Position numbers and translations under genes: made by a program. From IMG/VR virus record IMGVR_UViG_2778261151_000006, positions 1 to 34,757 of that record: DNA of 34,757 bases. One strand, 5' to 3'. The DNA is from a virus (taxonomy: Duplodnaviria; Heunggongvirae; Uroviricota; Caudoviricetes). Shown here piece by piece: positions 1-8,845 of the stretch. The notes beneath the pieces are model-generated. The model saw nothing but the letters and a program-made list of their open reading frames with translations. It ran no database searches and was not told where the DNA came from. Position 1 is the first letter of the stretch; each line of letters starts with the position of its first letter.

Positions 1-76
<76 letters not shown>

Positions 77-130
77 ATTTAAAAGACATCGGCCTCAAGC
101 GGATGTCTGGCTGAAAGGCCTGAAGAATTT

Positions 131-204
131 GGCGCGTTAACAAAGCGGTTATGTAGCGGATTGCAAATCCGTCTAGTCCGGTTCGACTCCGGAACGCGCC
201 TCCA
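131..204 (+). tRNA. cysT: tRNA-Cys (anticodon GCA)
   Basis: 74-nt sequence ending CCA, anticodon loop att-GCA-aat; matches enterobacterial tRNA-Cys as recalled. Confidence 0.95.
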
Positions 205-216
205 CTTTCTTCCCGA

Positions 217-303
217 GCCCGGATGGTGGAATCGGTAGACACAAGGGATTTAAAATCCCTCGGCGTTCGCGCTGTGCGGGTTCAAGTCCCGCTCCGGGTA
301 CCA
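217..303 (+). tRNA. leuZ: tRNA-Leu (anticodon TAA), long variable arm
   Basis: 87-nt sequence ending CCA, anticodon loop tt-TAA-aa; matches enterobacterial tRNA-Leu(UAA) as recalled. Confidence 0.95.
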
Positions 304-346
304 TGGGAAAGATAAGAATAAAATCAAAGCAATAAGCAGTGTAATG

Positions 347-373
347 AAACCACCTTCGGGTGGTTTTTTTTTT
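347..373 (+). terminator. Rho-independent terminator of the tRNA operon
   Basis: Hairpin ccacc-ttcg-ggtgg followed by a run of 10 T. Confidence 0.8.
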
Positions 374-483
374 ATTTGTGTCTGGGATAATGGCGGTAAA
401 GTGGCGATGGTATGGCGGTATGTAGTTACAAGGGGAGAGTAACTTTTGGTTTGTGGCAAAAGGTCCCCTCATCTGTGAGGGCA

Positions 484-520
484 CCAAAAAGAAAACCCGC
501 AGTTTTTACGCTGCGGGTTT
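484..520 (-). terminator. Terminator-like hairpin downstream of the 541-1547 operon (copy 1 of a near-identical 37-bp element)
   Basis: Minus strand reads aaacccgcag-cgtaaaaa-ctgcgggtttt-cttttt; about 34/37 identical to the element at 1721-1757. Confidence 0.6.
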
Positions 521-540
521 CTGGGAGAAAATCAGGCAAT

Positions 541-921
541 TTATGAGTTCTGGAATTCTTCTGCCCGTCTTTCCAGCTCAGCCATGAAAGAAGTTTTGGC
601 TTTTTCGTGAGCATCTGGGGCCATGATGCTGATGATTTGTATATTGTCATAATCCATCCAGTGCCTTGTATAAACCAGATAGATATTTGAAGTTCTGTCT
701 ATTTGGGCTTTGCTTTTCTTCCATGGTGGTTCTGACGGTAGTCTTATGTGTAATTTATATACAAACGAACCACATAATCTTGCGTTATCTTCCCACTGCC
801 CTTCATTGCCGAATCTGTCAGGGAGAACACCGGTATTTAACCAGTTTTCCAGAGCCTTTCCGTAAACTTTTGCAATGTCCTGGTATTCAACATCTTTATG
901 AATGCTTACTTTGCTTGCCAT
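541..921 (-). CDS. Hypothetical protein (126 aa), translationally coupled to the upstream gene
   Basis: ORF with ATGA stop/start overlap at 921 and GGAG 8 nt upstream of the ATG; no family recognised by eye. Confidence 0.55.
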   Translation of the reverse strand: MASKVSIHKDVEYQDIAKVYGKALENWLNTGVLPDRFGNEGQWEDNARLCGSFVYKLHIRLPSEPPWKKSKAQIDRTSNIYLVYTRHWMDYDNIQIISIMAPDAHEKAKTSFMAELERRAEEFQNS

Positions 922-1547
922 CAGGAAAACTCCGGTGCCGGGAGTCCCATGTTTTTATGCTCGGCAATAATCATTGCTTTCACATTTCCGTCAGACAGCG
1001 TATTGCCCAGGCTGGTCGTTTTGTCTGGTGCGGTGCTTCGTTTGATGGCGTTGATGGCATCACGAGCGATAAACTCCCCCTGCGCAATTGCCCGACCAAA
1101 ACGAACCAGTTTATTGCGATAGGCGATTCTTTGCTCCAGGCTATCCGGATACATTTTTGCCAGGTTATCCGGATCCATTACAATTTTGACAGCCTCTTTA
1201 ACACGGGTGTGCTGCTTAAGTGACTCTTCGCATATTTTTATGATTTTTGCGGTTTTGTCAGTAAACAGAGCTCCCTTGCCTCTGTTCTGTCGTTCTTCAA
1301 TGACTGCATTGAACGCGGCACGCATGTTGTCATTCAGCCCGTTGATATATTCAATAGCTTCTTCAAGAGGCAGAAACACCTGACCATCATGATGCTCAAA
1401 TGTAAGCATTGAAACCACTCTGGCGTGTGTCGCGGATTCAATAACTGTTGTTGGTAGTATCGTGCTTTTGGCTGGCACCGGAGCCAGTGATGCTGTCAGA
1501 GCTGTAGCAATAGCAGCAATGGCAGCAGACTTTGATTTTTGTTTCAT
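921..1547 (-). CDS. Hypothetical exported protein (208 aa) with N-terminal signal peptide
   Basis: Start chosen at ATG 1545-1547 (GGAG 6 nt upstream); N-terminus MKQKSKSAAIAAIATALTASLAPVPAKS is a typical Sec signal; longer ORF to 1559 is possible. Confidence 0.65.
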   Translation of the reverse strand: MKQKSKSAAIAAIATALTASLAPVPAKSTILPTTVIESATHARVVSMLTFEHHDGQVFLPLEEAIEYINGLNDNMRAAFNAVIEERQNRGKGALFTDKTAKIIKICEESLKQHTRVKEAVKIVMDPDNLAKMYPDSLEQRIAYRNKLVRFGRAIAQGEFIARDAINAIKRSTAPDKTTSLGNTLSDGNVKAMIIAEHKNMGLPAPEFS

Positions 1548-1720
1548 AATGCACTCCATAGGTTGATGTGTTCAGCATATCGCAAATAGCAGCTTGTATA
1601 AAGAAACGCCACATCAGCAGTGATCGTTTTACGCGCTTTTATTCTTGTTGCGATCCTTTTTTTCAGTTTTATTCGGGAGCTTAATTTTGTGCAGTCCGCG
1701 TCGCGTCTGGGTGAGGGTAG

Positions 1721-1757
1721 CAAAAAGAAAACCCGTAGTTTTTACACTGCGGGTTCG
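1721..1757 (-). terminator. Terminator-like hairpin, likely 3' end of the hok-like mRNA (copy 2 of the 37-bp element)
   Basis: Minus strand reads aacccgcagtgtaaaaactacgggttttcttttt; lies about 90 nt downstream of the hok-like stop. Confidence 0.6.
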
Positions 1758-1846
1758 TTTGTCCATGACTGCGAGAATAGGGTGCCTTGTCGGCCTTACC
1801 CTGGCAACCGATTGACGGGGAAGTTGCCTTCCCCGTCGCGGTTTTC

Positions 1847-1987
1847 TTACTGTCTACATTGTAAGAACGCCGCAAACTCCGCTCCCCAGAAACTCATCCG
1901 TATTTCACACAGCGAACCGTGCAACATCCAGATGATGAGGATTGCCGTCACGCAGAACGTGATGGCCGTAAGCGATTTTTGCGACAT
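1847..1987 (-). CDS. Hok/Gef-family type I toxin (46 aa, single transmembrane helix)
   Basis: Not in the supplied ORF track; translated by hand as MSQKSLTAITFCVTAILIIWMLHGSLCEIRMSFWGAEFAAFLQCRQ. Has the SLCEI and E-x-AAF motifs of Hok/Gef toxins; GGAG 9 nt upstream of ATG. Confidence 0.75.
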   Translation of the reverse strand: MSQKSLTAITFCVTAILIIWMLHGSLCEIRMSFWGAEFAAFLQCRQ

Positions 1988-2090
1988 AGCACTTGCTCCT
2001 TTTTCGGAGAGGCGCTAACCTTCTACTTGCTGAGGGTAGATGGTCAGGGCCTCGGGTTAACATTAAAGTTGACTCGGGGCCTTTCCACAT
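1905..2090 (-). CDS. Possible mok-like overlapping reading frame upstream of and overlapping the hok-like gene
   Basis: 61-aa ORF in a different frame, starts upstream of hok and overlaps its 5' part, as in hok/mok/sok loci; no sequence support beyond position. Confidence 0.3.
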   Translation of the reverse strand: MWKGPESTLMLTRGPDHLPSASRRLAPLRKRSKCYVAKIAYGHHVLRDGNPHHLDVARFAV

Positions 2091-2178
2091 CTGGCCTTCG
2101 GGTATTCCCTCCAGCCATCAGCCGAAAGGCACCCGCGCGTAATCTATCGCTTTTTTGTTACTCCGGCAATTCTGCCTG

Positions 2179-2439
2179 TTAATTCTGAGGTAAAGGCAAA
2201 CTCATCTGATTGTTTCCCCTGTGTGAAGCTGGCAGCTCATGCCACGGGATACCTTCTGATGAGTGAACGCCGGAGGCGTGTTTCGATGTGAATTTATGGA
2301 AAGCTTCCAGTGTTGAGAAGCATACGCCGCATTCCAGGTTGTTACACTGGTAATACTTTTGCCGCACGGTGTTTGAATCATTTTCCGGACGACTGGTGCG
2401 GATACGGGCAGATGCGCCACAAAGCGGACAACGGAACAT
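2179..2439 (-). CDS. ogr: Ogr/Delta-family zinc-finger late-gene transcription activator
   Basis: N-terminus MFRCPLCG...YYQCNNLECG gives a C2C2 zinc finger like P2 Ogr; GGGAGG SD 7 nt upstream; position next to gene D. Confidence 0.8.
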   Translation of the reverse strand: MFRCPLCGASARIRTSRPENDSNTVRQKYYQCNNLECGVCFSTLEAFHKFTSKHASGVHSSEGIPWHELPASHRGNNQMSLPLPQN

Positions 2440-2481
2440 AGCGACCTCCCTTAACGTGGTGCTGTCGCTATTCTAAGTTGC

Positions 2482-3591
2482 TCAGTCTGTTTCCGCTATC
2501 CATTCCGGGATTTTTGCCTCAAGCTCAAGCTGCGTGGTAAAGCCGCTGTTATCAATGGTGTGCCCGGCTTTCGCAATAATCCAGTCCTGATTATCAATCT
2601 CGCTTTTAAATCCTGTTACCGTGCCATGCATTTCGGGGTAGAGTTCTGCACGTCCACGTGCCAGCGTGATGGAGAATGATGCGGCTCCGCGTTGTAGCTG
2701 CTGCCACTTTGCCGCCGCTGCGCGTCTTGCTGCCTGCTCGTTCTGATAAGTCTTGCGTAACACAAACACATTGCCTTCCGCGCCTTCCATATAATCACCT
2801 TCACGGCTGCTGCTTTTCTCCTTTTTGGGTTTTGGCGGTTTGCGGCGTTTCACGCTGACTTTTTTCTTTTTCCCGTAATTAAGATCAAGCCAGTAAGCGC
2901 GTACCCCCGTATACGCCTCGCGGTCAGCAATGCGGAACTGATGGCGATCGCCGCTGCTGCGTGTGATGGCGAACGATGGCAACGGCTGGCCCTGTGCGTT
3001 CACGCCACCGCCGGGCATGATGAATAACAGATTACCGCTTTTTACCGTGGTGATTGCGCCCAGCATTTCCGCCATGCGCGTAAGGAAGGACATGTCGCTT
3101 TCTTCAGTCTGGTCGGCGTGGTCGATTTCGATATCCATCAGCATTTCGCTGATTTGCGGTTTCAGACCGTACCGGTGAGCGATGGCGGATACCACGCGCT
3201 CAACGGTCACATCATGCCAGGACACCTCACGTTTAACGTTAAATTCATCCCGAAAATCTGCGCTTCTGGCTGAAACAGTCAGCCTGTCCGGCGGTCCTTC
3301 GTGAGCGATTTCATCAACAATATAAGTGCCTTTTTCTGTCAGTGGTTCTCCTTTCCAGCCAATGAGAACCGTCAGGCGCGCGCCCCGTGGTGGTAGCTGC
3401 AACTGACCATCTGCATCATCCAGCGTGATGGTGAGCTGGTCCGCTTCAAATCCCCGGTTGTCGGTCAGTGACAGGCTCATCAGTCGCTCTGTCACGTCGG
3501 GCAGTGTTTCACCTTCCGCGAGAATATCAAAATCCGGCATTTTCACGGGGTCCGGGCCCTGACTGAGCAATTGCATGGTGGTATCGGTCAT
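2482..3591 (-). CDS. P2 gpD-like tail protein (late control gene D family)
   Basis: 369 aa from ATG 3589-3591 with strong GGGAGGGA SD; contains LTDNRGFEADQLTITLDD region typical of the gpD family; ORF track extends it to 3723 but no SD there. Confidence 0.85.
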   Translation of the reverse strand: MTDTTMQLLSQGPDPVKMPDFDILAEGETLPDVTERLMSLSLTDNRGFEADQLTITLDDADGQLQLPPRGARLTVLIGWKGEPLTEKGTYIVDEIAHEGPPDRLTVSARSADFRDEFNVKREVSWHDVTVERVVSAIAHRYGLKPQISEMLMDIEIDHADQTEESDMSFLTRMAEMLGAITTVKSGNLLFIMPGGGVNAQGQPLPSFAITRSSGDRHQFRIADREAYTGVRAYWLDLNYGKKKKVSVKRRKPPKPKKEKSSSREGDYMEGAEGNVFVLRKTYQNEQAARRAAAAKWQQLQRGAASFSITLARGRAELYPEMHGTVTGFKSEIDNQDWIIAKAGHTIDNSGFTTQLELEAKIPEWIAETD

Positions 3592-3748
3592 TTGCTCCCT
3601 CCCTGTGCGGCATGGTCGCATGTGCGTGCGGAGGGGGTTACTGCTTTTTGTTGTCGCCGGGTCGGGAGAACGGCGGAGGGGTGAGATTACGCGCGTGGTG
3701 GGTGATGATTGTTGCCGAATCATTTAACGGATACAAGGGGCTGAAACT
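3592..3748. promoter_or_regulatory. Divergent intergenic region between D and FI; presumed late promoters
   Basis: 157-bp gap between two divergently oriented starts, each with its own SD; no promoter motif verified. Confidence 0.35.
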
Positions 3749-4933
3749 ATGAGTGAAACTCGTTTTCATGGTGCCCGTGTTACGGAAAGTACCGACCTGG
3801 TAACAGCGATTAACGATGTTGATTCCAGCGTTATCGGTATCGTGGCAACGGCGGATGATGCGGACGCGGAGCTGTTCCCGCTGAACAAGCCCACACTGCT
3901 GACCCGCGTCAATGACGTGCTGGGAAAATGTGGGACAACGGGGACGCTTTATCGTGCACTTAAGGCCATCGCAGACCAGGTGAGCACAAAGGTGATCGTT
4001 GTTCGCGTGGCTGAACACAAAGACGAGGGCGGAAAGACGCAGGATCAACTGGTTATCGGTGGTTCTGAATCTGACGGCAGCTATACGGGGATGTATGCGC
4101 TGCTTGTTGCAGAGCAGGATGAAAGCATCGGATACCGTCCGCGTATTCTGGCCGCGCCGGAGCTGGACACGGAGGCGGTAACAAAATCCCTGTGCGTGAT
4201 TGCGGGTAAACTGCGCGCGTTTGTGTATGCCTCATGTCATGGCTGTAACACGATGGCTGAGGCGATTACCTACCGCCAGAAATTCAACGAACGTGAGGTG
4301 ATGCTCTTATGGCCGGACTTCATCGCCTACAACCCCAAAAGTGGCAAAAACGAAACGTTCCCCGCGCCTGCCTATGCGTGCGGCCTTCGTGCGTACATTG
4401 ACCATGAGCAGGGCTGGCACAAATCGCTGTCCAACGTTCCTGTTAAAAATGTGCTGGGAATGTCCAGGCATGTGTTCTGGTCGTTGCAGGCCGAAGACAG
4501 TGATGCCAACAGCCTCAACAACAAAGAAATCACGACCATTATTCGTCGCAACGGGTTCCGCTTCTGGGGCAACCGCACACCGGAAACGAACGCCTACATC
4601 TTTGAGGTGTATACCCGAACCGCACAGGTGCTGGCTGATTCAATTGCGGAAGCGCAGTTTGAAACCATCGACAGTCCACTGACGCCTGCGAACGTGAAAG
4701 ATGTTATCAGTGCCATCAGGGCAAAACTGGATTCACTGGTTACTGCCGGGAAACTGATTGGGGCGTCGTGCTGGTATGACGTGGTGGATAACGGCACCAC
4801 GAATTTACGTCAGGGGCGCGTGCGTATTCGCTACAAATATACGCCTGTTCCCCCGCTGGAAGACATGGAGCTTTACCAGTCGTTTACTGATGAATTCTTT
4901 GGTCCCGCATTTGCGGTGCTGGGAGGTGCCTGA
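3749..4933 (+). CDS. Tail sheath protein (P2 gpFI-like)
   Basis: 394 aa; motifs DADAE-FPLNKP, IADQ, LRAF-Y, YRQ-F, WPDF, EQGWHK-LSNV, RR-GFRFWGNRT, YTPVPPLE match P2 FI as recalled. Confidence 0.95.
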   Translation: MSETRFHGARVTESTDLVTAINDVDSSVIGIVATADDADAELFPLNKPTLLTRVNDVLGKCGTTGTLYRALKAIADQVSTKVIVVRVAEHKDEGGKTQDQLVIGGSESDGSYTGMYALLVAEQDESIGYRPRILAAPELDTEAVTKSLCVIAGKLRAFVYASCHGCNTMAEAITYRQKFNEREVMLLWPDFIAYNPKSGKNETFPAPAYACGLRAYIDHEQGWHKSLSNVPVKNVLGMSRHVFWSLQAEDSDANSLNNKEITTIIRRNGFRFWGNRTPETNAYIFEVYTRTAQVLADSIAEAQFETIDSPLTPANVKDVISAIRAKLDSLVTAGKLIGASCWYDVVDNGTTNLRQGRVRIRYKYTPVPPLEDMELYQSFTDEFFGPAFAVLGGA

Positions 4934-5445
4934 TGGCTGTACCAAAACATCTTCGCTTTTTTACGCTGTTTGTGGATGGTGAAAACGAAGTGGGTAAGGT
5001 GACGTCCGTCACTCTGCCTAAGCTGACGCGCAAAACCGACAGCTACCGGGGTGGTGGCATGATGGGAGCGGTAAGTATTGATCTCGGCCTGGACGACTCC
5101 GCGCTTGATGCGAGCTTTGTCATGGGGGGCGCAGTTCGTGAGCTGTTCCTTAAGTATGGCGGCACGATTGACGGCACGCTGCTGCGTTTTGCGGGTGAAT
5201 ACTACACCGATGCGGAAAGCGACCTGTATGAAGTCGAAATGCGCGGACGTGTGACGGAAATTGATATGGGGGAAGCCAAACAGGGCGAAGCCACATCACA
5301 CACTTACGCCATTAAAAACACCTACTACAAGCTGAGCGTTAACGATCGCCCGTTGTGGGAGATTGACCTGCTGAACTTCATTTACCGGAAGGACGGCAAG
5401 GACATTGTGCCCGATCGCATCCGTTCCGCGCTCGGGCTTGGCTGA
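4933..5445 (+). CDS. Tail tube protein (P2 gpFII-like)
   Basis: 170 aa; start overlaps FI stop (TGATG); position and size fit the tail tube gene. Confidence 0.9.
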   Translation: MAVPKHLRFFTLFVDGENEVGKVTSVTLPKLTRKTDSYRGGGMMGAVSIDLGLDDSALDASFVMGGAVRELFLKYGGTIDGTLLRFAGEYYTDAESDLYEVEMRGRVTEIDMGEAKQGEATSHTYAIKNTYYKLSVNDRPLWEIDLLNFIYRKDGKDIVPDRIRSALGLG

Positions 5446-5500
5446 TAAGTAATATGCAGGCGGCGCAGTGCGTCGCCTCTGACTGAAAAGGAGACAACTG

Positions 5501-5875
5501 ATGAAAGGCATCGATACTGAAACCCGGAATAACACCGTGGCGGATGATGTGACGGCAGGTGAGGATATGGCTGTCGAACGTGGTGTAAAACTTTCCCGGC
5601 CAATTGAGCGTGGTGGCGAAAAAATCACGTATGTGGAGATCACCGGGGCTATTGAGCAGGCTGGATCCCTGCGTGGTCTGTCGCTGTCTGATGTGTTGAA
5701 TCTGAAAGCGGATACCATGTTCACGCTGTTGCCTCGCGTGACCTCGCCACGACTGGATGAAGTGATGATTAAAAAAATGTCGTCACGCGATTTTATTCAG
5801 TTGTGCGCTGTGGCTGTAAATTTTATGAGCGAGCCAGACTCTGGCGCGAAGAGCGTGCAGGAGACGGCAGCGTAA
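5501..5875 (+). CDS. Tail assembly chaperone (P2 gpE-like)
   Basis: 124 aa, AAGGAG SD; lies between tail tube and tape measure genes. Confidence 0.8.
   Translation: MKGIDTETRNNTVADDVTAGEDMAVERGVKLSRPIERGGEKITYVEITGAIEQAGSLRGLSLSDVLNLKADTMFTLLPRVTSPRLDEVMIKKMSSRDFIQLCAVAVNFMSEPDSGAKSVQETAA
5771..5777 (+). other. Candidate -1 programmed frameshift slippery run (A7) for E+E' synthesis
   Basis: In-frame AAA AAA; the -1 frame has a stop at 5770-5772 and is open from 5773 to 6039, so a shift must occur within this run. Confidence 0.55.
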
Positions 5876-6039
5876 TCACCCTGGTGTGCTTTGAGCACAT
5901 CGAAGATCTGGTGGCGGATATTGCTGCCATTTTTAACTGGTCGCCCGCCGAAATCTTCATGATGACGCCCGGCGAAGTGGTTAGCTGGCGTGAGCGGGCG
6001 GCACTTCGCAGCGGGAATGCAGATAATGAAGACTCTTGA
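5776..6039 (+). CDS. E' extension of the tail assembly chaperone (made only as an E+E' frameshift fusion)
   Basis: -1 frame open from the A7 run to stop at 6037-6039, overlapping the tape measure start; analogous to P2 E/E' and lambda G/GT. Confidence 0.6.
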   Translation, partial: NVVTRFYSVVRCGCKFYERARLWREERAGDGSVITLVCFEHIEDLVADIAAIFNWSPAEIFMMTPGEVVSWRERAALRSGNADNEDS

Positions 6040-8833
6040 TATCCGGGTCGCTTTCAGCGCTGTTGACAGGCTGACCCGGCCTGCCGAAAACGCCCGCCGC
6101 CTGATGGGGCGGTTTGGTGACTCCATCCAGCGAACGCAGGGGGCGATCAAAAATCTCGAGCGTCAGGCGCGTTCATTTGAGCGCGCCCGTGACGCTGTCA
6201 GTACAGCGGATGCGGGCATCGTGAAAGCACGACGCCAGCTTAACGCCCTTAATCAGTTACAACGCACGGGTACAGTGCTCAGCGAAAAACAACAAAAGCT
6301 GATGCAGCAGTTAAGCACCCGGCTTGAACGCCTGAATGAATCGCGCGCACGGGAAATTCAGAAAATGCGGGAGCTTGGCGGAGAGCTGAAACGCCACGGC
6401 ATTTCCCTGACAGGCAGCGATAACACCATCCAGCAGGCCATCAGACGCACCGAACAGTACAACAACCAGCTTGAACGCGAACGGCAGGCGCTTGCGCGTG
6501 TAACGCGGGCGCGTGAGCGGTATTCGCGCTCGCAGGAAACTGCGGGGAAACTGAAAACAGGTGGTGCGCTGGCAACAGGTGCGGCAGCGGCGGGCGGCTA
6601 TGCTGCCGGGCGTTTTTTACAGCCCGCGATCGGGTTCGGGAAAGAGATGTCCCGCGTTCAGGCACTGACGCGAATCGACCAGAACAGCCCGCAGTTTAAG
6701 GCGCTGCGTGAGCAGGCGTTAAAACTTGGCTCTGAAACGCAGTTCACCGCTGGAGATGCCGCCAGTGGACAGGCATTTCTTGCAATGGCTGGCTTCACAC
6801 CACAGGCCATTCAGGCTGCGCTTCCCGGCGTGCTGAGCATGGCAACGGCTGGCGGTATGGATCTCGGCGAGACGGCGGATATTGGCTCAAATATCCTGAC
6901 GCAGTTCGGCCTTTCTGCTGACCAGATGGACCGGGTCGGTGACACGCTCACCGCAGCGTTTACCCGTACCAACACTGACCTTCGCGCACTGGGCGAAACC
7001 ATGAAATATGCAGGTCCGGTGGCGGGTAAGCTGGGAATATCGCTGGAGCAGGCCGCAGCGATGGCGGGCGTGCTGGCGAATATGGGTATCAGGGGAAGTG
7101 ATGCCGGGACGGCAATGCGTGCCAGCCTGGCTCGTCTGGCATCACCGCCAAAGGCGGCAGCAGAGGCGCTGAAAGAGCTGGGCGTGTCTGTCTCGGATGC
7201 CGGGGGCAAAATGCGCCCGATGGAAGATCTGCTGACTGACCTTTATAAAGCCACCCGCAAATACGGAGAAGTTGATCGGGTATCGTTCTTTAAGGACATT
7301 GCCGGAGAAGAGGCTTTCACATCATTTATGGCCCTCGTTGATGCGGCAGGTGACGGATCCTTACCTAAACTGAGAAAAGAACTTGAAGGCGCACGCGGTG
7401 AGGCTGAACGCACGGCAAAGGTTATGGCCAACAACCTTGACGGCGATCTGAAATCACTCGGCAGTGCATGGGAAGGGTTGCGCATCCGCATTGCAGATCT
7501 GATTGACGGTCCGCTGCGTTCTGTCACGCAGTGGCTCACGCGGGTGGTATCAAAGGTGACGGCGCTGGCGCAGGCCCATCCGGCACTGACGCGCCAGCTA
7601 CTGATTGCAGGTGGGGCGTTGCTGGCGATGACTGCAACGGTCGGCTCGTTGTCGCTGGCTATTGGTGTGCTTGCTGGCCCGCTGGCAAAACTGCGTCTTG
7701 GCTTTTCCCTCCTGACCGGATCAATGAATGCTGTCAGGCTCCTGCCAGCACTATGGGGAATGGTGACGGGTTCCGTTTCGTTACTGGGGGGCGCTATCGG
7801 GGCGCTGATCAGTCCGGTTGGTCTTATCGTGGCTGCGCTTGCCGGAGCTGCCGTTCTTATCTGGAAATACTGGGATCCCATCAGGGCATTTTTTGCCGGG
7901 GTGTTCAGCGGGATTATGGAAAGGCTGACCCCGTTGCGCGAAACCTTTGAACGGTTTGGTCCTGTTTTTGACGCAATCGGAAGCGGGATCAGCCAGGTGT
8001 TTAACTGGTTTAAATCGCTGCTGTCACCGATGGAGTCCAGCAAGGAAACGCTGGATAAATGTACCAGTGCTGGCGAGATATTCGGTAACGTTCTTGGCGG
8101 TGCGTTACAGCTTGTTCTGACACCTGCAAAAATGCTACTGGATACGCTGGCGTGGATACTTGAAAAACTTGGCGTCCTTCCGGATGAAGCGGAAAAGGCG
8201 CGCAAGAAAATCGAAGACGCACAGCGTGCGGCCATTCTTCAGAACAAGGTTGCCTTGCTTCAGGGGGACCTTGCGAAAATCAATCCGCCGAAGCCTGTGG
8301 AAAATGGCAATGGCACCGGAGGTGATAAACCCAAAGACAACAAACCGCTCACAGACAGCAATACCGGGACGCTACGCAGACTCAGCAAAATTGCTGATAA
8401 CACAGGTAAGCTGGTTGATGAGACGAAAAAACGCATTGGCCCTGGCGATATTGTCTTTAAGAACCTGCCCCGCGCACTTGCTGTTCGTGGGGAGTGGCAG
8501 GAGCGGAAGATTGCGCAGGTCAGTAAGCCTGCCCCCGCAATTAATATCACACCCGTAGTCCCGGCTCCGCTGCCTCCGGCGCTGGTCCCTGTTGTTGCGG
8601 CCAGCTCCCGCCCGGTGGCGGAGGCCATACGATCGCCAGTGGCATCAGTTCCTGCAGCTTCCCGTAATCGGGAGCCTGCTGTCTCCAGATTTGGCGGTGA
8701 AATTCATGTTCATCTGCATAACGTTGTTACGCAGAATCCCCGCGAACTGGCGAAACTGGTCGGTGAAATGGTCAGGGCAGAGATGGAACGGCGCGCCCGT
8801 GCCGGACGTGGCAGTTTTTACGATAAAGATTGA
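6026..8833 (+). CDS. Tail tape measure protein (P2 gpT-like)
   Basis: Long ORF with coiled-coil N-terminus and hydrophobic glycine-rich central segments; start uncertain (5990, 6017 or 6026). Confidence 0.9.
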   Translation: MKTLDIRVAFSAVDRLTRPAENARRLMGRFGDSIQRTQGAIKNLERQARSFERARDAVSTADAGIVKARRQLNALNQLQRTGTVLSEKQQKLMQQLSTRLERLNESRAREIQKMRELGGELKRHGISLTGSDNTIQQAIRRTEQYNNQLERERQALARVTRARERYSRSQETAGKLKTGGALATGAAAAGGYAAGRFLQPAIGFGKEMSRVQALTRIDQNSPQFKALREQALKLGSETQFTAGDAASGQAFLAMAGFTPQAIQAALPGVLSMATAGGMDLGETADIGSNILTQFGLSADQMDRVGDTLTAAFTRTNTDLRALGETMKYAGPVAGKLGISLEQAAAMAGVLANMGIRGSDAGTAMRASLARLASPPKAAAEALKELGVSVSDAGGKMRPMEDLLTDLYKATRKYGEVDRVSFFKDIAGEEAFTSFMALVDAAGDGSLPKLRKELEGARGEAERTAKVMANNLDGDLKSLGSAWEGLRIRIADLIDGPLRSVTQWLTRVVSKVTALAQAHPALTRQLLIAGGALLAMTATVGSLSLAIGVLAGPLAKLRLGFSLLTGSMNAVRLLPALWGMVTGSVSLLGGAIGALISPVGLIVAALAGAAVLIWKYWDPIRAFFAGVFSGIMERLTPLRETFERFGPVFDAIGSGISQVFNWFKSLLSPMESSKETLDKCTSAGEIFGNVLGGALQLVLTPAKMLLDTLAWILEKLGVLPDEAEKARKKIEDAQRAAILQNKVALLQGDLAKINPPKPVENGNGTGGDKPKDNKPLTDSNTGTLRRLSKIADNTGKLVDETKKRIGPGDIVFKNLPRALAVRGEWQERKIAQVSKPAPAINITPVVPAPLPPALVPVVAASSRPVAEAIRSPVASVPAASRNREPAVSRFGGEIHVHLHNVVTQNPRELAKLVGEMVRAEMERRARAGRGSFYDKD

Positions 8834-8845
8834 GGAGTCATGGTC

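Noticed and set aside
250-459. 69-aa minus-strand ORF
   Set aside because: Overlaps the tRNA-Leu gene and its terminator; artefact.
541-921. RelE/ParE-like toxin assignment for the 126-aa protein
   Set aside because: Only vague resemblance; the upstream partner is an exported protein, not an antitoxin; left as hypothetical.
484-1757. Considered a CRISPR array because of near-identical 37-bp repeats
   Set aside because: Only two copies, 1.2 kb apart, flanking protein-coding genes; each is a hairpin plus T-tract typical of a terminator. No regular repeat-spacer periodicity.
7243-8235. 330-aa ORF on the minus strand inside the tape measure gene
   Set aside because: Antisense to a well-supported long gene; low-complexity Ser/Ala/Arg-rich translation typical of a spurious antisense ORF.
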